The notes under the pieces are model-generated. The model saw nothing but the letters and a program-made list of their open reading frames with translations, was not told the DNA's origin and made no database searches. Shown here in pieces: positions 1 to 10,674 of a stretch of DNA of 64,000 bases. Position numbers and translations under genes: made by a program. The stretch is from an uncultured Chloroflexia bacterium (GTDB lineage: Bacteria > Chloroflexota > Limnocylindria > Limnocylindrales > CSP1-4): assembly GCA_963697135.1 (NCBI GenBank), contig CAVOMZ010000007.1:348463-412462 (forward strand), written 5' to 3'. Numbering within the stretch: the stretch's first letter is position 1; every line of letters starts with the position of its first letter.

Positions 1-91
1 GACGCATCCGGCGAAGGTTCCGGCGAAGCATCGTCGCCGAGTCGCCCACGACGTGCGGCCGGGCGGAGGCGGGGGTTGTCAGAACGGTCAT
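1..91 (-). CDS. ABC-2 type (DrrB-like) transporter permease, N-terminal fragment running off the window
   Basis: The minus-strand ATG at 91..89 overlaps the TGA of the upstream ATPase (ATGA). The translation MTVLTTPASARPHVVGDSATMLRRNLRRMR resembles ABC-2 permease N-termini. Confidence 0.5.
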   Translation of the reverse strand, partial: MTVLTTPASARPHVVGDSATMLRRNLRRMR

Positions 92-1102
92 CGGGCGGCT
101 CCTGTCGGTTCGTTGGCCTGGGCGTGGGCAGTGTCGGTCTCGACCTCGCCGGCGGCGATCGGGCGCTCGGTGAGCGACAGGAAGACGTCGTCGAGGTCCG
201 GCGTCCGGACCGACAGCCCGTCGACCGCGATCGAGCTGGCGTCCAGCCGATCGAGCACGGCCCGCAGCTCAGCGATCCCTCCGCCGGGAAGCTGGAGGGC
301 CAGGTCATCGTCGTTGCGCGCCGGCTGGCCGAGGGCGGCGGCGGCTCGCTCGAGGGCTGTCGAGGTCGGCAAACTCCAGGCGGATCTGGCCGCCGGGGAC
401 GAGGCGCTTGAGCTCGGCCGGCGTGCCCTCGGCCACGATCCGGCCGTTGTCGAGGAAGGCGATCCGGTCGGCCAGGCGGTCGGCCTCATCGAGGTACTGG
501 GTCGTCAGCAGGATCGTCACGCCCTGGCCGGCCAGGTCGCGGATCGTGTCCCACAACGCCCGGCGGCTGCGCGGATCGAGACCCGCCGTCGGCTCGTCGA
601 GGAAGATGATCCGGGGCTCGCCCACGAGGGTCATCGCCAGGTCGAGCCGGCGGCGCATCCCGCCCGAATACGTCGCGACGGGGCGCCCGGCCGCCTCGAC
701 CAGGTCGAACTGGGCGAGCAGCTCCTCGACCCGGGCCCGGCCGGCCTCCCGGCCGAGGTGGCGCAGGTCGGCCATCAGGCGCAGGTTCTCCCGGCCGCTG
801 AACAGCTGGTCGACGGCCGAGAACTGGCCAGTCAGGCCGATCACGGCCCGGACCGCGCCCGGCTCCGTCCGGACGTCATGGCCACCGATCCGGATCGCGC
901 CGTCGTCCGCCGCGATCAGGGTGGAGAGGATGTGGACGATCGTGGTCTTGCCGGCCCCGTTTGGGCCGAGCAGGGCGAAGACGCTGCCGGCGGCGACATC
1001 GAGGTCGATCCCGTCGAGCACGACGTGATCGCCGAACGCCTTGCGGAGTCCCCGAACCGAGATCGCCGGAGGGGCCTGGGTCGGGCTCATGGCGGGACTC
1101 AT
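88..1102 (-). CDS. ABC transporter ATP-binding protein, DrrA-like (frame-disrupted in this sequence)
   Basis: ORF 305..1102 carries Walker [10 protein letters not shown], signature YSGGMRRR and Walker B IIFLDEPTAGLD. The DrrA-type C-terminal domain (LQLPGGGIAELRAVLDRL...DDVFLSLT) continues in ORF 88..489 in another frame, so one switch is needed near 360-370. Confidence 0.85.
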
Positions 1103-1123
1103 GGCCGGGCCACCGCGAGAGCG

Positions 1124-1642
1124 CTAGATGTCGAGGTCCTCGACGGGCGGCTGGCGAGCGATCGAGCCGACCATCTCGAACAGCTCGGGCGGGATCCTGT
1201 CGCGGAGCTCATCGACGGTCGCCACGACGTCCAGGGTCGCCTCTCGCGGAACCGAACCGTACCGGACGTCACCGATCCCGAGATGGCCTCGCCAGCCAGC
1301 CGGCTTGCCCTCGGCGTTCTGCATCGTCCATTCGGGGCTGCGCTCGGTGTGGATGGCGAACTTGCCCGTCCGCGTGCGGTAGACCCGGTAGTGGTCCCAG
1401 CGGCCGGAGTTCGAGGCGGCCCACTCTCCCAGCAGAACGCCGCTGAAGCGAACCTTGCGGCCGGCCCCGGGCCCGACTCGAACGGTAATCTCGTCGAAGC
1501 CCTGGGTCCGGGCCTCCTCGACGTCAACGTAGCGACGGAGGGCGCTGGCGATGGCCGCCGAGAGATTGCCGCCGGCCAGCTCCTGGGCCCGCCGGAAGAG
1601 AGATTGGTCGCCTTCGGAAACGTAGATCGTCTTGTTCGGCAC
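1124..1642 (-). CDS. EXLDI family protein (uncharacterised)
   Basis: Intact 172-aa ORF ending ...PPVEDLDI, the C-terminal E-x-L-D-I motif that names this actinobacterial family (TIGR04342 as I recall). It lies 21 nt upstream of the DrrA-like ATPase on the same strand. Confidence 0.75.
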   Translation of the reverse strand: MPNKTIYVSEGDQSLFRRAQELAGGNLSAAIASALRRYVDVEEARTQGFDEITVRVGPGAGRKVRFSGVLLGEWAASNSGRWDHYRVYRTRTGKFAIHTERSPEWTMQNAEGKPAGWRGHLGIGDVRYGSVPREATLDVVATVDELRDRIPPELFEMVGSIARQPPVEDLDI

Positions 1643-1691
1643 GTCGGCATCGTAACTCCCCGGGTCATTCGAGAGGTGGTATACGCAGCAT

Positions 1692-1701
1692 TATACGTAT
1701 A
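1692..1701. promoter_or_regulatory. Perfect 10-bp palindrome TATACGTATA in an AT-rich divergent intergenic region (candidate operator)
   Basis: The context ggtGTATACgcagcatTATACGTATAtgcc is an AT-rich patch in GC-rich DNA, between the EXLDI gene (minus) and the GNAT gene (plus). Confidence 0.35.
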
Positions 1702-1795
1702 TGCCGGCGAATGGCAAGCCCCTCCCGGCCGAAGGCAGGCCAGCCAAGGCCGGCCGGGTAGCCGAGACCTTCGCCGGGCCTCAGACTGGAACCTG

Positions 1796-2233
1796 ATGAC
1801 AGTGACGATCCGGACGCTCGGGCCAGGCGATGGCGAGCTGGTCGTCGCTGCCGGCGACCTCTTCGATCACCCGCCGGGCCTGCCGACCTCAGAGCGATTC
1901 CTGCGCTCGCCGGGCCACCATCTGCTGCTGGCTTACGTGGGCGACGTGGCGGCCGGCTTCGTCAGCGGGATCGAGATGACCCATCCGGACAAGGGCACCG
2001 AGATGTTCCTCTACGAGCTCGCGGTCGGAGAGGCCTTTCGGCGGCGGGGGATCGGCCGGGCGCTGGTCCAGGCGCTCCTCGAGATTGCCCGGGCCGGCGG
2101 CTGCTACGACATGTGGGTCCTGACCGACGCTGACAACGAGGCGGCCCTCGGGACGTACAGCACAACCGGCACGACCGATAAATCTGCCCACGTGATGCTG
2201 ACCTGGGACCTGGGCGGGAGCAAGGAGCGATGA
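1796..2233 (+). CDS. GNAT family N-acetyltransferase
   Basis: In-frame ATG at 1796 inside the artefactual ORF 53..2233. The acetyl-CoA motif is ELAVGEAFRRRGIGRALV. The stop overlaps the next start (ATGA at 2230). Confidence 0.8.
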   Translation: MTVTIRTLGPGDGELVVAAGDLFDHPPGLPTSERFLRSPGHHLLLAYVGDVAAGFVSGIEMTHPDKGTEMFLYELAVGEAFRRRGIGRALVQALLEIARAGGCYDMWVLTDADNEAALGTYSTTGTTDKSAHVMLTWDLGGSKER

Positions 2234-3070
2234 CCGATCCGATCCGGATCGCCGGTGTCCAGATGGCGATGGGCCCCGACCGGACAGCCAATCTCCAACG
2301 GGCGATCAGCTCGATCGAACGGGCGGCCGCTCAGGGTGCCCAGCTGATCGCCCTGCCGGAGCTGTTCAGCGCCGGCTACTTTCCGCAGCTGCCCCACCGG
2401 CCGGAGTACCTCGACTGGGCGGAACCGCTGCCCGGGCCCACGACCGAGGCCCTGGCCGAGGTCGCTGGACGCCTCCACGTCGCCATCGTCGGCTCCGTCT
2501 ACGAACGGGCGATGGCCGGGCTGTGCTACAACACCGCGGTCATCGTGGGACCCGACGGCAGCCTCCTCGGCACGAGCCGCAAGGCGCACATCCCGGACTC
2601 GGCCGGCTATGCCGAGAAGTTCTACTTCGCGCCGGGTGACTCGGACTACCCGGTCTTCGAGGTCCCCGTCGGCGGCGCCCGCCTGACCCTCGGGCTGGCA
2701 ACCTGCTGGGATCAGTGGTTCCCCGAGGTGGCCCGGATCCTCGCCCTGAAGGGCGCCGAGCTCATCGTCTACCCGACCGCGATCGGATCCGAGCCGTCCA
2801 CGCCGGACCTCGAGACCCACGATGCCTGGCGGACGGTGATGCGGGGCCATGCCGTGGCCAACGCCCTGTTCGTCCTGGCGGTGAACCGGGTGGGGGTCGA
2901 GGCGGACATCACGTTCTACGGCGGCTCCTTCCTGGTCGATCCCCTCGGCGCCGTCCTGGCCGAATCTGGCCCAGCTGAAACCCTGCTCGTGGGCGCGATC
3001 GACCTCGAATTCGATCGCCCGGACACGCTCGGTCCAGACGTTCTTCCGTGATCGCCGGCCGGAGACGTAG
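2230..3070 (+). CDS. aguB: Carbon-nitrogen hydrolase, N-carbamoylputrescine amidase-like (frame switch near the 3' end)
   Basis: Nitrilase-superfamily triad context is present: ALPELF (Glu), SRKAHIP (Lys) and ATCWDQWFPE (Cys). YPTAIGSEP and ITFYGGSF are also present. The conserved C-terminal FFRDRRPET is readable only in another frame ending at TAG 3068-3070, so one switch is needed near 3025. Confidence 0.8.
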
Positions 3071-3180
3071 GCTCGCTCCTCGGCTGAGGCGAGCGATCCG
3101 GCTGACCGATGCCGAGCGGGGCCTCGATCGACGCAAGCCCGGGTGTATTGTTCGTGGTCACCCCATGAAGCCGAGGATCG

Positions 3181-4666
3181 ATGGACAGATGGGGCAGCCA
3201 GATGACGCGAAGCCCGGCCCGGGGATCGAAGACCGCGAGCAGCCTGGAGGAGGCCTGGGCGGTTGAAGCGGCGGCGGGGGTGACCTGGACCGCCCGTCCC
3301 TGGGTGGATCCGACAGACCGGGCCGAAGCCGGCAAGGCAGCCCGCAAGCGCGTGCCACGGGCCAGCCACGCCAGCCTTCGAGCCGGCCCCGGGACGCGAC
3401 CCGATGGCGATCCTGGACGCCCAGGAGGATCCGCCCGCTGGCCGGACCTCGTGGCCCTCCGCCACAGCCGAATGGCCGCGTCGCCGTTCGCCTATTACCG
3501 AGGAACGCCGGCGGTCATGGCCTTCGACCTGTCCACGACTCCGCGCACCGACATCCTGGTCCAGGCCAGCGGAGACTCGCATCTCTCGAACTTCGGCCTG
3601 TTCGGGTCGCCCGAGCGAGACACTCGTCTTCGACGCCAACGACTTCGACGAGACGTTGCCCGGGCCCTGGGAGTGGGACGTCAAGCGACTGGCCGCGAGC
3701 ATCGTCGTCGCCGGCCGCGAGAACGGCTTCAGCGCGCGGCCAGAGTCGGACTGCACGATGACCGCGGTCCGCGGCTATCGCGAGTGGATGGCCCGCTACG
3801 CCGGGATGCGCCTGATCGACATCTGGTACTCGAAGATCACCGACGGCGATATCCTCGCCGCCCTCGAGGCCTGGCCGGCGAACAAGGGCGCCGCCTCGGC
3901 CAAGCGCCGCCGCGGGATCGACGCAGATCTTTGCCAAGGCCCGCTCGCGTGATGGGCTGAAGGCGTTCGAGTCGCTTACCGACGATCATCGACGGCCGGC
4001 GGGTCATCATCGAGGACCCGCCGGTGATCGTCCACGACTCGCGGGTCGGCACGCCCGAGCAACTGGCCAAGGTGTTCGCCGAGTACCGCGCTTCGATGGC
4101 CGAGAACCGGCGGGACTTCCTCGAGCGATTCCGGTTCGTCGATGGCGCCCGCAAGGTCGTCGGAGTCGGCAGCGTCGGGACTCGCTGCTTCGTGATCGTC
4201 CTCGAGGGCCGGGACGAGGACGACCCGCTGATCCTCCAGGCGAAGGAGGCGACCGAATCGGTCCTCGAGCCGTACTTCGAGCACAGCCATCACGAGAACC
4301 ACGGCGAACGGGTCGTGACCGGCCAGCGGGCGATGCAGAGCACCTCCGACATCTTCCTGGGCTGGACCCGCGGTGCCGTTCGGCCAGGACTTCTACGTCC
4401 GCCAGCTGTGGGACATGAAGGGCTCCGTCGACACGACCTCGATGCAGCCACTCGGGCTCGACTTCTACGGGTCGATCTGCGGCTGGTCGCTGGCCCGGGC
4501 CCACGCGCGGACGGGCGACGCCGTGGCGATCGCCTCGTACCTCGGCTCAGGCGACACGTTCGACAGCGCCATCGCCGACTTTGCCGAGGCCTACGCCGAC
4601 CAGAACGAGCGCGACCACCGGGCCTACCAGGCGGCGATCGCCGACGGGCGGCTCGCCACGATCTAG
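3181..4666 (+). CDS. DUF2252 domain protein (frame-disrupted, at least 5 switches)
   Basis: Family-typical strings are spread over ORFs 3181..3960, 3404..3952, 4024..4827 and 4373..4666. They are SPFAYYRGTPAVMAFDL, GDSHLSNFG, FDANDFDETLPGPWEWDVKRLAAS, VGVGSVGTRCFVIVLEG and FYVRQLWDMKGS. Confidence 0.75.
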
Positions 4667-6979
4667 CCGGTCGTCGGGTTGCTGCCGGGTCGCCCGCCGT
4701 CGGGACGCGTCGGGCTCGAGCTTGCTCGGCCACCAGTTCCAGCGACCGAGCAGGACGACGATGCGAGGGGACCAGCAGCGATCGGACCAGGAAGGTATCC
4801 ATCAGGATCCCGGCAGCCACGCCGTAGCCGATCTGCTGGATCTGCCCGCCGCCGGCGCAGCCACCGGCGATCGCCAGGACCGCGAACGTCCCGGCCAGGA
4901 TCACCCCGGCCGTGGTGACCGTGCTGCCGGTCCGGCCGATCGCCCGGGCCACCGCTTCACGCAGGGGGAGCGCGATGGGCCTCCTCCCGGATCCGGCTCA
5001 TGATCAGGATGTTGTAGTCCGAGCCGAGGGCCATCAGGAAGACGAACATCAGGAACGGCAGGATGAAGTTGATGCCGTCCTGGCCGCCCAGCTTGACGAA
5101 GACCAGGGCCGTCACGCCCAGCGCCGCGAAGTACGACAGGACGATGCTCGCCACGAGGTAGAGCGGAGCGACCAGGCTGCGCAGGACGAGGGCCAGCAGG
5201 ATCGCGATGAGGAGCGGCCACGATCGGGATGATCCGGGTCAGGTCCTGGCTCGAGATGTGGCTGACGTCATAGGCAAAGGCGACCTGGCCGAAGATCCCG
5301 CTGTCTGAGGCTCCGGCCGCCCGGCCGCCGCTGGTCGACATCGGCTCGAGCAGCGGGCACCGCGGCCAGGGCGGCCGGGCTGGACGAGTCGCCGTTGGCG
5401 AACTCGACCGAGAACTGGATCGTCTTGCCGTCGGCGCTGATCAGCTGGCCGGTCGTCCGGTAGGCGTTGTACAGCTCGTTCGGAACGTCGGTCGTGACCG
5501 GCACCGGCGGCAGGGCCTGGGCCGGTCCGAGCTTCGCATGAAGCTGGGCTGAGCTGGTCGGGCGTGAGGCTGACCCCGTTCGGATTGAGCGGCCCGACGA
5601 CCCCGCTGAATTCGGGAAAGGTCCCAGCTGGTCTGGGCGATCTGGAGCACCGAGGGGTCCTCCCAGACCGAGGTCGGGAACGCCATCAGGACGGCGCTGC
5701 GACCCGGCGTGTCGACGATGGGAAGTGGTCCTCGATCAGGGCGGTGCCCTGGGCCGAGTCGGTGCGTCCGGCGCTGGTCGGCGCGGCCCCGAAGCCGGCC
5801 GTCGGCGGTCGTGAACGCGAAGACGCTGAGCGCCCAGGAACAGGATCAGGCCCGCCGCCAGGGTCAGGCCCGGCCGGCGGGTCGTGAACCCGCGAGACGC
5901 GGTCCCACAGCCCGGCGCGCGGGTGTCTCGACGACGGTCGGGCGGGTCGGCCAGAAGACCGCCCGGCCGAGGATCGCCAGGAGCGCCGGCAGCAGGGTCA
6001 GGCCGGCCAGCAGCATCAGGGCGATGCCGATCGCGAGGGCCGGTCCAAGGCTCTGGTAGAACCCGAACTCGGCCAGGACCAGGGTCACCAGGGCGGCGAT
6101 GACGGTGAATGCCGAGAAGGTGATCGATTCGCCGACCCGGCTGACGGACCTGGATCGACGGCCTCGTGCGGGCTCAGGCCCTTGCGCAGCTCCTCGCGCA
6201 CGCGGAAGACGAGGAACACGCCGTAGTCGGTCCCGGCGCCGAGGATCAGGACGACCAGCAGGAGCTGGGTGATCGACGAGACCTGGACGCCGAAGCGGGT
6301 CGACCAGGCGATCACCGGGCCCGACAGGACCAGCACGAGGGCCGCCGGGATCAGGGTGACGAGCGGGGCCAGGACTGCCCGGAACGCGAGCAGGAGGAGG
6401 ACGATGATGAACAGGAGCGACAGCCGCTGGGTGTCGGTTCTGCGACTGGCCGGCGTGGCGCGTCGTGTCGACCATGGGTGGCCAGCTGGCCGGTCAGGTG
6501 GACCTGGAGCCCGGCCGGCGCGCCGGCGCTGGTCGAACAGGGCCCGGATGTCATCGACGACGCCCTGGGCCTCGGGCCCGCCGCTGAACGCGACGACGTC
6601 GGCCTCGACCAGCGCCTGGCGGGCCTGCCCGTCGCCCGAGATGCCCAGGTCGAGCACGATCTTGACGCCGGTCGACCGTCCTGATCTGGGCCTCGAGCGT
6701 GATCGATCGCCGCGTTGTCGGCGGCCGTCAGCGCCGCCGTCGCGGGCGGCAACGAGGGTCGCCGCGGCCAGCGAGGCGTTCTGGAACGGCGCGGCCAGGG
6801 CCGCCGCCTGCATGCTCGGCGCGCGTGGCCGGCAGGAAGCCGCTGGTCGTGTCCTTGGCGACGTCGCTCAGCGAGGGCAGGGTCTTGACCGCCAGGATCG
6901 GGACGACGATCCAGGCGATGACGATCAGGAACCGGAAGCGGACCGAGAACCGTCCGAGGCTGGTGAAGAAGCTGTGCAT
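4624..6979 (-). CDS. MMPL family (RND superfamily) transporter (frame-disrupted, at least 7 fragments)
   Basis: The N-terminus MHSFFTSLGRFSVRFRFLIVIAWIV starts at ATG 6979. The fragments carry GAGTDYGVFLVFRVREEL, FYQSLGPALAIGIALMLLAGLTLLPALL, LMALGSDYNILIMSRIREE and GILMDTFLVRSLLVPS. The typical C-terminus IVVLLGRWNWWPSKL is in yet another frame, with a stop at 4624. Confidence 0.85.
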
Positions 6980-7054
6980 CGTCTCTCTTTCGGGCGACCG
7001 GCGGCTGCGGGATTTGGGAGATCCAGCGGGGATCATAGCGTAGACGGAACCATC

Positions 7055-7081
7055 TGGTCGTGCGCAACGATATGGTCGTGC
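7055..7081. promoter_or_regulatory. Direct repeat AT(C/A)TGGTCGTGC x2, 18-bp period, in the MMPL/MarR divergent intergenic region (candidate MarR operator)
   Basis: tggtcgtgc occurs at 7055-7063 and again at 7073-7081, between the MMPL start (6979, minus) and the MarR start (7107, plus). Confidence 0.35.
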
Positions 7082-7106
7082 TAATCTTTGAGCCTGATGA
7101 CCGAAC

Positions 7107-7530
7107 GTGATGATCGCGGAGGAGCTCGCCCGGCATGGCTGGCGGTTTGCTCATGGCGGCCGCCCAGGTCCACCTCGAAGCCGACATCGCGCGAGCTCGA
7201 GCGCCTCGGGCCTGAGCAAGGTGATGGCGGCATCCCTGAATGCGATCGCCACGATGCCGATCGGACCGACCAATCAGCTGGCCACGCAGGTTCGGCGTGA
7301 ACCCGGCCTGGGTGACCGACATCGTCGACCGCCTCGAGGCGCGCGGCGAGATCCGCCGATCCGTCTCGCCGGATGATCGCCGGGTGAAGCTCCTGGAGCT
7401 GACCGAGGCGGGACGCTCGACCCACGAGGCGATCGAGGCGATCTTTGCCACGCCACCTCCGGGCCTCCTGGAAGCGCCGGTCGAGGACCTCCAGGCACTG
7501 GTCCGCCTGGCCGAACGAGCCGGGTCCTAG
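7107..7530 (+). CDS. MarR family transcriptional regulator (frame-disrupted, about 3 switches)
   Basis: The winged-helix core is split between ORF 7107..7376 (GLSKVMAASLNAIATMPIGPTNQLATQ) and ORF 7240..7530 (FGVNPAWVTDIVDRLEARGEIRRSVSPDDRRVKLLELTEAG). Confidence 0.75.
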
Positions 7531-7702
7531 GAGGGAATCGGCGCCCCGCCCGGTGGTCGTCGGGATCGAGCGCCGGCTCGCCGGCCCGCAGGCCGAGGCA
7601 ACCCTGGTCGCGTCGGTTCGGGCCATTTCCCGGCGATCCCCGCCTGCGGCCCAAGGACGGCGTCGAGGGTTGTCGCTCGATTGCGGATCGGTTTCGGCTA
7701 TC

Positions 7703-7745
7703 TTGACACTTGGTAACGTTTGTTAGACAGTTTCCTAAATATGCG
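7703..7745 (+). promoter_or_regulatory. AT-rich putative promoter/operator upstream of the ROK regulator
   Basis: TTGACA at 7703-7708 is followed by cttggtaacgtttgTTAGacagtttcCTAAatatgcg, which contains a small dyad (TTAG/CTAA). This is the lowest-GC patch in the local region. Confidence 0.3.
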
Positions 7746-7766
7746 TTAGAGAGGGTCCCAGACCGG

Positions 7767-9102
7767 ATGGCGCTCTCGAGCGACCTGATCGGACAGCGCA
7801 GCGAGACGGTTCGCCGGGCGAACCTGAGCACGATCCTGCGTGAGCTCCACCTCGCCGGCCCGCTCTCGCGGTCCGACCTCGTGGCCCACAGCGGCCTGAC
7901 CCGGACGGGCATCAAGAGCCTGACCGCGGAGCTCGCCGCGGCCGGCCTTGTCTCCGGAGGAGCGGGCCTCGCCGGACGGGAGCCCGGGTCGGCCCTCGGC
8001 CGTGGTTTCGCCCAATCCTACGACGGCGGCGGTCCTGGCCCTCGAGGTCGCCGTCGACTCGATCGCGGCGGCCGTCGTCGGCCTGGGTGGGACCGTTCAT
8101 CAGCTGACCCGGGTCGACCGGCCGCCCGGCCACTCGTCGATCGAGGAGACCGTGACCGACCTGGTCGAGCTGGCCCGGACCGTCCGGATCCAGTCGGGCC
8201 TGCCCGACGCGATCGTCGGCGTGGGCGTGGCGGTTGTCGGCACGACCCGGCGCTCCGACGGCTTCGTCTCGTTCGCCCCGAACCTGGGCTGGCACGACGT
8301 GTCCCTGGGCAACCGGCTGGCCGCCGCCCTGGGCCTGCCCGAGCCGATCGCGGTGGCCAACGACGCGGACCTGGGCGTGCTCGCCGAGCACCGCCGAGGC
8401 GCCGCAATCGGGGCCGACAACGTCCTCCTGATCTGGGGCGAAGTCGGGATCGGCGGCGGGCTCATCATCGACGGCCGGCCGATGACCGGGGCGGCCGGCT
8501 ACGGCGGCGAGGTCGGCCACATCCCGGTCAACGCCGACGGCCGCCCGTGCCAGTGCGGCTCGGTCGGCTGCTGGGAGACCGAGATCGGCGAAGGCGCCCT
8601 GCTCCTGCGGGCCGGTCGCTCGGCCGACGGTGGGCGGGAGGAGGTCGAGCGGGTCCTGGCCGAGGCGGCGGCCGGTTCGCCGGCGGCCCTGGCCGCCCTG
8701 GATGACGTCGGGCGCTGGCTCGGTTTCGGCCTGGCCGGGCTGGTCAACGTGCTCAATCCGCAGCTGGTGGTGCTCGGCGGACTGTTCGGACGCGCCTACC
8801 AGTATGCTGCGCAGGCGATGCTGACCGAATTGGAACGGCGCGCCCTGCCAGCCTCACGGTCGATGGTTCAGATCGTGCCGGCGACCCTGGGAATCAATGC
8901 TCCCCTGCTCGGTGCGGCCGAGCTCGCATTCGAGCCGCTCCTGGCCGATCCGGCCGCCTGGATGACTCGGGCGGCCTTCTCGCCGGTTAGCCGGCGCAAG
9001 CCGCCCAGCCGGACCACCCCTTCTCCAGTCATTCCTTACCCCCTGAACCCAATAACCGCTCGCTCGCGCGCGCAAGGAGGTGCACCGACATCACTGAGCT
9101 AG
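7767..9102 (+). CDS. ROK family transcriptional regulator/sugar kinase-like (one frame switch near 7975)
   Basis: The N-terminal wHTH is RRANLSTILRELHLAGPLSRSDLVAHSGLTRTGIKSLTAELAAAGLV (frame of ORF 7710). The ROK body is in ORF 7948..9102, with ANDADLGVLAE, GIGGGLIIDG and the zinc motif GHIPVNADGRPCQCGSVGCWE. Confidence 0.85.
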
Positions 9103-9203
9103 ACTCTCGCGAATTGCTTATGGAGAATGCCGGCCGGCTGGGCGCCTGACGGAAGCGCCGGTCCGGTTCGAGCAATTCCAACTTCCTGAGGAGGAGAATC
9201 GAC

Positions 9204-10514
9204 TTGCACACGAAGAAAACTGCGGCAGCGATTGTTGCAGTGGCCGCGATCCTCGCGGGCTGCTCATCGACCGCCACGACAGCGCCGGCCACGGCCGCGC
9301 CGACCACTGCTCCGACGGCGGCCCCAACGGCCGCTGCCTCGACTGGTGCCTCGACCGCACCGAGTTCGGCCGCCTCGGGCGGCACGGGCGATGCTTCCAG
9401 CATGACCCCGGGCAGCTTCGATTCCGGCTTCTCGGCGATGGCCCTGCTGAAGCCGATCACCTCGGCGGGCACTGGGCTCGTCGGCGTGGTCATGCCTGAC
9501 ACGACGTCGTCGACCCGCTGGGTCAACTTCGACGCCCCGTACCTGATGCAGGCGTTCACGGCCGCCGGCTACTCCGCCAGCGACTTCAAGATCGAGAACG
9601 CCGGCGGCGTCGACTCCGTCCAGCTGTCGATGGCCCAGGCCGACATCACCAACGGTGCCAAGGTCCTGATCATCGCCCCGAACAGCAGCACCGTGGGCAA
9701 TCAGATCCAGGCCTACGCCGCCGCCCACAACGTCGCCATGATCAGCTACGACCGGGCGACCTTCCAGGGCAACAGCACGTTCTACGTCAGCTTCGACAAC
9801 GTCCAGGTGGGCGAGCTGATCGGCAAGGGCTTCCTGCAGTGCGTCACGGACTGGGGCGTAACCGCGCCGAAGGTCTTCACCGTTGACGGCGGCCAGGACA
9901 CCGACCCGAACGCGATCGACTTCGCCAAGGGCTACAACGACGCGGTCTGGGGCCAGAAGGTCGCCCAGGTCGCCGCTGGAGCCACCAACTCCCAGGGCAT
10001 GACCCTCGTCGGCGAGCAGCTCGCCCCCGGTTGGAACAACGCCCAGGGCGGCACGATCTTCCAGCAGGCCTTCACGGCCCACCCGGAGATCAACGCCACG
10101 ATCGAGGCCAATGACGGTCTCGCCAACGCCGTGATCACCGACCTCAAGACGGCCGGCGTCCCGGCCAAGAAGATCCCGACGACCGGCCAGGATGCCACCC
10201 TGCAGGGCATGGAGTATGTCCTCCAGAACTTCCAGTGCGGTTCGGTCTACAAGGCGATCTACCTCGAGGCCCAGGACGCGGTCACGATCGCGACCTTCCT
10301 GCGAGCCGGCCAGCAGCCGCCCGCGAGCCTCATGAACGGCACCACCACCGACCCGAAGAACGCCTCGGTCTCCGAGCCCGCGTCGCTGCTGACCCCGCTC
10401 TGGGTGACCGCCGCGAACATGGAGCAGACGGTGATCAAGGACAACTTCATCAAGGCCTCTGACCTGTGCGCCGCCGTTGGCGCCGCCACCTGCCAGGCCG
10501 CCGGCATCCAGTAA
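9204..10514 (+). CDS. Sugar ABC transporter substrate-binding lipoprotein (PBP type I, xylose/ribose-like)
   Basis: TTG start with a GAGGAGGAG RBS. The lipoprotein signal is MHTKKTAAAIVAVAAILAGCSS, followed by an Ala/Thr/Pro linker. Intact 436 aa, directly upstream of the ABC ATPase and permease. Confidence 0.85.
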   Translation: MHTKKTAAAIVAVAAILAGCSSTATTAPATAAPTTAPTAAPTAAASTGASTAPSSAASGGTGDASSMTPGSFDSGFSAMALLKPITSAGTGLVGVVMPDTTSSTRWVNFDAPYLMQAFTAAGYSASDFKIENAGGVDSVQLSMAQADITNGAKVLIIAPNSSTVGNQIQAYAAAHNVAMISYDRATFQGNSTFYVSFDNVQVGELIGKGFLQCVTDWGVTAPKVFTVDGGQDTDPNAIDFAKGYNDAVWGQKVAQVAAGATNSQGMTLVGEQLAPGWNNAQGGTIFQQAFTAHPEINATIEANDGLANAVITDLKTAGVPAKKIPTTGQDATLQGMEYVLQNFQCGSVYKAIYLEAQDAVTIATFLRAGQQPPASLMNGTTTDPKNASVSEPASLLTPLWVTAANMEQTVIKDNFIKASDLCAAVGAATCQAAGIQ

Positions 10515-10528
10515 CAGCGCGATGAATT

Positions 10529-10613
10529 GTCACGAGCGTCGGGCCTCGCGCCGGGCGCTCGTGACCGATGACGCCGTGCCGCAGCCGCGTCCAATGCGGC
10601 AGCGACACGGCGT
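10529..10613 (+). promoter_or_regulatory. Two intercistronic stem-loops after the binding-protein gene
   Basis: The first hairpin pairs GTCACGAGCG (10529-10538) with CGCTCGTGAC (10556-10565). The second pairs ACGCCGTG (10571-10578) with CACGGCGT (10606-10613) and has an inner CCGCA/TGCGG helix. This placement is typical for differential mRNA stability in sugar ABC operons. Confidence 0.5.
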
Positions 10614-10674
10614 TTACCATGCACGGGGGATGGGGTGAAATGGAACCGATGATCCGGGATGGGGAGCGACGTCC

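Noticed and set aside
53-2233. 726-aa ORF on the plus strand spanning the first 2.2 kb
   Set aside because: Only its last ~145 codons (the GNAT gene from ATG 1796) look real. The rest is Arg/Ala/Gly/Pro-rich and antisense to the motif-bearing ABC ATPase and EXLDI genes, which is the typical open-frame artefact of high-GC DNA.
9155-9180. GGTTCGAG, a T-loop-like string suggesting a tRNA
   Set aside because: I could not draw flanking T-stem complementarity, an acceptor stem or an anticodon arm. It lies in the 5' region of the sugar-binding-protein gene.
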